Shown: positions 60,114 to 64,000 of the stretch, piece after piece
Layout of the letters: each line of letters opens with the position of its first letter
Numbering within the stretch: position 1 is the first letter of the stretch
NCBI GenBank assembly: GCA_965205485.1
Contig: OZ242180.1
Span: 4,192,001-4,256,000 of the forward strand
DNA length: 64,000 bases
Direction of reading: 5' to 3'
Source of the DNA: Candidatus Latescibacterota bacterium
Lineage (GTDB): Bacteria; Latescibacterota; UBA2968; GCA-2709665
Made by a program: the position numbers and the translations under genes
Notes under the pieces: generated by a model
Database searches by the model: none
What the model was told of the DNA's origin: nothing
Seen by the model: only the letters and a program-made list of their open reading frames with translations

Positions 60114-60116
60114 AAT

Positions 60117-60587
60117 CTATACCTCGACCCGGATACCGCGATAATATTCCTGAACCTGGTAATCCTTGCGCAGCGGCCACCCTTCCCAGTCGTCGGGGCA
60201 CAGGATGCGACGCAGGTCGCTGTGGCCTTCGAAGACAACGCCGAACATGTCGTATGTCTCGCGTTCGTGCCAGTTCGCCACCCGCCAGACACCCTCCACG
60301 GTTGGCAATCGGGGATTCTCTCTTCCCAATTCCGCCTTCAGCGTAATCTTGTGCCGGTGCGTCGATGAGAACAGATGATACACCAGCGAAAGGTGTTCCG
60401 GATAATCCACGCCGCTCAGACACATCAGCGACTCGAACCGCATTGCCTCGTCGTCTCGCAGAAAACGACCGATTTCGGCGATCGCATCCGCGCTCACCCG
60501 AATAAACGGATCCACGTTTTCGGTCAGATCCAGAACCCGGTCGCTGAACTGTTCTTTCAGCCTTTCGAAAATCTGCTGCGGCGTCAT
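60117..60587 (-). CDS. nuoC: NADH-quinone oxidoreductase subunit C
   Basis: ANWHERETYDMFG..GHSDLRRIL..PLRKD. Confidence 0.94.
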   Translation of the reverse strand: MTPQQIFERLKEQFSDRVLDLTENVDPFIRVSADAIAEIGRFLRDDEAMRFESLMCLSGVDYPEHLSLVYHLFSSTHRHKITLKAELGRENPRLPTVEGVWRVANWHERETYDMFGVVFEGHSDLRRILCPDDWEGWPLRKDYQVQEYYRGIRVEV

Positions 60588-60631
60588 GGTTCGCCTCCAC
60601 ACGCATTCCGGCGCAGGCTGACTGAGCCAGC

Positions 60632-61117
60632 TCAGCTCACTTTCGCGATGGAATCGATACGGATCTTGTCCTGAAGCTTCAGTACGCCCTCGAGCAGAGC
60701 CTCCGGCCTCGGGGGACAACCCGGGACGTAGACGTCAACCGGCACAACCCTGTCGACACCCTTTAAAACGTGGTATCCGTGCTGCCAGTACGGGCCGCCG
60801 GAGGTTGCACAGCAGCCCATCGACATCACGTACCTGGGCTCGGCCATCTGGTCGTACAGTTTCTTTACGCGAGTTGCCATTTTCAATGTAACCGTGCCGG
60901 CCACGATCATCAGATCGGACTGCCGCGGGGTGGCGCGCGGGACCATACCCAGACGCGACCAGTCGTACCGGGACGCCCCCGTGGCCATCATTTCTATTGC
61001 GCAGCACGCCAGTCCGAACGTCATGGGCCAGAGCGAGGACAACCGCGCCCAATTGACGAAATAGTCGACGGACGTCACAACGACGTTATCCTGGAATCGA
61101 CCTGTGAGCTTTCCCAT
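60632..61117 (-). CDS. nuoB: NADH-quinone oxidoreductase subunit B
   Basis: [24 protein letters not shown]. Confidence 0.96.
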   Translation of the reverse strand: MGKLTGRFQDNVVVTSVDYFVNWARLSSLWPMTFGLACCAIEMMATGASRYDWSRLGMVPRATPRQSDLMIVAGTVTLKMATRVKKLYDQMAEPRYVMSMGCCATSGGPYWQHGYHVLKGVDRVVPVDVYVPGCPPRPEALLEGVLKLQDKIRIDSIAKVS

Positions 61118-61258
61118 AAACGGGCTTGCCTCCTGAAGCGTCAAGCCGGACGGTGCTGATGGAATTCCGTGGATGGCTGCGTAAGGAATCCGGTGAAGCG
61201 CTGCGGTCGGAACGGTTCGAACGACGCGCCGGCAACGAACCGGAGCCGGATCGAACGA

Positions 61259-61678
61259 TCAGGCGACGCGGCCTCCAGTTGCAGGGGCGGGCACCGGCGC
61301 CTGCCGCCCCGACAGCTTGGGGCGAACCCATTCGAGCGCCCCCTTGCGCCAGGCATACGCGAGGCCGAGGAGAAGCACGACCACGAAGATCGACATCGCG
61401 CCGAAGCCGTACCAGCCGAAATCGTTCGCCACAACCGCCCAGGGATACAGCAGGACAACCTCCACGTCGAAGATGATGAAATCCAGGGCGATCACGTAGA
61501 ACCGGATATTGAACTGAATCCAGGATCCGCCCACGGGCTCTTCCCCGCACTCGTATGTACTCAGTTTCTCCGCGCTGGGATTCCGGGGCCGAATCAGGCT
61601 GCCAATGAACAGATTGACCACCACGAAGAGACCGCCGATACCAAGAAAAATGAGTACGTTGGCGTATTGATCCAGCAT
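61259..61678 (-). CDS. nuoA: NADH-quinone oxidoreductase subunit A
   Basis: TYECGEEP, FDVE, YPWA, KGALEW. Confidence 0.94.
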   Translation of the reverse strand: MLDQYANVLIFLGIGGLFVVVNLFIGSLIRPRNPSAEKLSTYECGEEPVGGSWIQFNIRFYVIALDFIIFDVEVVLLYPWAVVANDFGWYGFGAMSIFVVVLLLGLAYAWRKGALEWVRPKLSGRQAPVPAPATGGRVA

Positions 61679-61873
61679 GAGTTACGGGCCTCCCCGGGAG
61701 CGGCGCCAACAGCCGTTGGCGAATTTGCGCATCGGCCTGAATTCATCTGCTTTGCGCATTCGAAACTAACGGCGATAAATTAGCGAAATCCGGCTGCTTC
61801 TGTCAAGAGAAAAGCACCCGTCGAACATCGATCCGCCCGCCCGCTCCTGCGCCGGCATGACATCGGATGAGTT

Positions 61874-61931
61874 AAACTTGACTTTTTCGTACATTTTTAA
61901 TCTTGACACATGGTTGCGGATTGGGTATGTT
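61874..61931 (+). promoter_or_regulatory. suf promoter with tandem CTTGAC half-sites
   Basis: TTGACA(61903)-17 nt-TATGTT; AAACTTGAC(61874) and AATCTTGAC(61899) 25 bp apart. Confidence 0.5.
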
Positions 61932-62016
61932 AAGCGTGAATTCAGAAAACGTTATCGTGGTGACGCATAAACTATAACAAAACTAATGCCCTTTCAAGAA
62001 ATGGAAGGAGCGCGTG

Positions 62017-63483
62017 ATGAGCGAAGAAGTGCAGGAACTCGAAGAACTGGCGACGAGAGAATACAAGTACGGGTTCGTCACGGATATCGAACAGGATGCC
62101 GCGCCCCCGGGTCTGAATGAAGACATTATCGCCTTCATCTCCCGGAAGAAACGCGAGCCCGACTGGCTGCTGGAATGGCGTCTCAAGGCCTATCGCAACT
62201 GGCTCGGAATGGATGATCCCACCCGTCGCGGACGGAGCCGGCAGTGGGCGATGGTCGACTATCCGGATATCGACTATCAGAAAATCATCTATTACTCCGC
62301 GCCCAAGCAGGCGGAAACCCTCCAGAGCCTCGACGAGGTCGATCCCGAAATCCTCCGAACCTACGAAAAACTCGGCATTCCTCTCGAGGAGCAGAAAATC
62401 CTGGCGGGTGTGGCGGTCGACGCCGTTTTCGACAGCGTTTCCGTGGCCACCACGTTCAAGGACAAGCTTTCGGATCTGGGGATCATCTTCTGCTCGTTCT
62501 CCGAAGCCGTTCAGGACCATCCCGAACTGGTGAGGAAATACCTGGGTTCGGTCGTGCCCTACAACGACAATTTCTTTGCCGCACTCAACTCCGCGGTCTT
62601 TACCGACGGCTCCTTCTGCTACATCCCCCGGGGCGTGCGGTGTCCCATGGAACTGTCCACATACTTCCGCATCAACGCGGCCAACACGGGCCAGTTCGAA
62701 CGGACGCTCATCATTGCCGAAGAGGGTGCGTACGTATCCTACCTTGAAGGTTGCACAGCTCCCCAGAGAGACGAAAACCAGCTCCACGCCGCAGTTGTGG
62801 AACTGGTCGCCCTCGATGATGCGCAGATTAAATACTCGACCGTTCAGAACTGGTATCCCGGAGATGAAAACGGTGTGGGCGGCATCTACAATTTCGTAAC
62901 CAAACGCGGCGCCTGCCGCGGCGTCAACGCCAAGATCTCATGGACCCAGGTCGAGACGGGATCTGCAATCACCTGGAAATACCCCAGCTGCATTCTCCAG
63001 GGCGACAACTCCATAGGAGAATTCTACTCGGTAGCCGTTACCAGCGGGCGCCAGCAGGCCGATACGGGTACCAAGATGATCCATCTTGGAAAGAACACGC
63101 GCAGCACCATCGTGTCGAAGGGCATTTCCGCGAAGTACGGACAGAACACCTATCGAGGACGGGTGCAGGTGATGAAGGGCGCATCGAACGCCAGGAATTT
63201 TACCCAATGCGACTCCATGCTCATCGGCGACCGCTGCGGCGCGCACACGTTCCCGTACATCGATGTCAGGAACACGACCTCCCAGGTCGAGCACGAAGCG
63301 TCCACCTCAAAGATCGGTGAAGATCAGATCTTCTACTGCAACCAGCGCGGTATCTCCACCGAAGACGCCGTGTCCATGATCGTCAACGGTTTCTGCAAGG
63401 AGGTGCTGGCCGAACTCCCCATGGAATTCGCCGTTGAAGCGCAGAAGCTGCTTGGCATCAGCCTGGAGGGCAGTGTCGGATAA
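62017..63483 (+). CDS. sufB: Fe-S cluster assembly protein SufB
   Basis: [51 protein letters not shown]. Confidence 0.97.
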   Translation: MSEEVQELEELATREYKYGFVTDIEQDAAPPGLNEDIIAFISRKKREPDWLLEWRLKAYRNWLGMDDPTRRGRSRQWAMVDYPDIDYQKIIYYSAPKQAETLQSLDEVDPEILRTYEKLGIPLEEQKILAGVAVDAVFDSVSVATTFKDKLSDLGIIFCSFSEAVQDHPELVRKYLGSVVPYNDNFFAALNSAVFTDGSFCYIPRGVRCPMELSTYFRINAANTGQFERTLIIAEEGAYVSYLEGCTAPQRDENQLHAAVVELVALDDAQIKYSTVQNWYPGDENGVGGIYNFVTKRGACRGVNAKISWTQVETGSAITWKYPSCILQGDNSIGEFYSVAVTSGRQQADTGTKMIHLGKNTRSTIVSKGISAKYGQNTYRGRVQVMKGASNARNFTQCDSMLIGDRCGAHTFPYIDVRNTTSQVEHEASTSKIGEDQIFYCNQRGISTEDAVSMIVNGFCKEVLAELPMEFAVEAQKLLGISLEGSVG

Positions 63484-63605
63484 GTCCTTTAGCCCCCAGG
63501 CGGCGAGACACGAACAGCGTCCGAGGCTTTCCCGGGTCCCGAAGCATCGCCCTGTCACGCCGGGCTTCACGCTTCGAATTTGAACGTCTTCCAAAAGGAA
63601 CACCA

Positions 63606-64000
63606 ATGCTTGAAATCAAAGATCTCCACGCAAGCGTAGACGACACCGGGATCCTCACCGGTATCGACCTGAAAATTAATGCCGGAGAAATCCATGCCAT
63701 TATGGGGCCGAACGGGTCCGGCAAGAGCACCCTTGCGCAGGTGTTGGCCGGTCGTGAAGAATATGACGTCACCCGGGGCGAGGTTACCTACGAGGGCGTA
63801 GACCTGCTGGATCTGGACCCGGAAGAACGCGCCCAGGCCGGCGTTTTCATGGCCTTCCAGTATCCGGTGGAGATTCCCGGCGTCAACAGCGCCTATTTTC
63901 TCCGTACGGCACTCAATGAGCTCCGCAGGGCACGCGGCCAGGATGAACTCGACGCGATGGATTTTCTCGCCCTTTCCCGGGACAAGCTCAAACTGGTGGA
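63606..64000 (+). CDS. sufC: Fe-S cluster assembly ATPase SufC (runs off window end)
   Basis: Manual translation MLEIKDLHASV..MGPNGSGKSTL..AFQYPVEIPGV. Confidence 0.95.
   Translation, partial: MLEIKDLHASVDDTGILTGIDLKINAGEIHAIMGPNGSGKSTLAQVLAGREEYDVTRGEVTYEGVDLLDLDPEERAQAGVFMAFQYPVEIPGVNSAYFLRTALNELRRARGQDELDAMDFLALSRDKLKLV

Noticed and set aside
58914..61117. Group 4 NiFe-hydrogenase instead of complex I
   Set aside because: NuoD lacks the Ni-binding CxxC motifs, and NuoB has the complex I CC motif.
61480..61490. Asp in a NuoA transmembrane segment (ALDFIIFD)
   Set aside because: A single-codon oddity that cannot be distinguished from a variant or sequencing error.

Overview
Mostly core-genome DNA from a GC-rich diderm bacterium. 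It is probably FCB superphylum and plausibly Latescibacterota, inferred from a SprA homologue, the EF-hand/dockerin-like modules and an 11-subunit complex I. Gene order: yraN (3' end), hisS, non-discriminating aspS, a coiled-coil lipoprotein and a LysM protein, phoH, 7TM-HD, ybeY, corC-like and tRNA-fMet. An accessory block follows (secreted coiled-coil protein, TonB-dependent receptor, orphan MNT, CreD, two tandem dockerin-like heparinase II/III paralogues). Next come nrdR-nrdJ, a PufC-like tetraheme cytochrome, an AlkP-family hydrolase, tRNA-His/Arg, a barrel + beta-propeller pair, nth, an HD hydrolase, an M23 peptidase and lptGF. The window ends with sprA-comEA-pilM-like-coaD-obgE-dprA, lexA, a hypothetical + PqqD-like pair, nuoABCDHIJKLMN (no EFG) and sufB-sufC (partial). 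The best candidate for a new system is at 29057-31109. The ORF track splits one gene there at an in-frame UGA. That UGA lies just after a signal peptide and has a SECIS-like hairpin 11 nt downstream, suggesting a selenocysteine-containing outer-membrane beta-barrel co-encoded with a beta-propeller lipoprotein. Other notable items are a ~210-bp MITE-like family (2 full copies and 2 fragments), a GAAC-N4-GTTC box inside the lexA promoter, a sigma54-like site before dprA and an A-rich repeat tract. All calls come from reading motifs by eye; no database searches were run.
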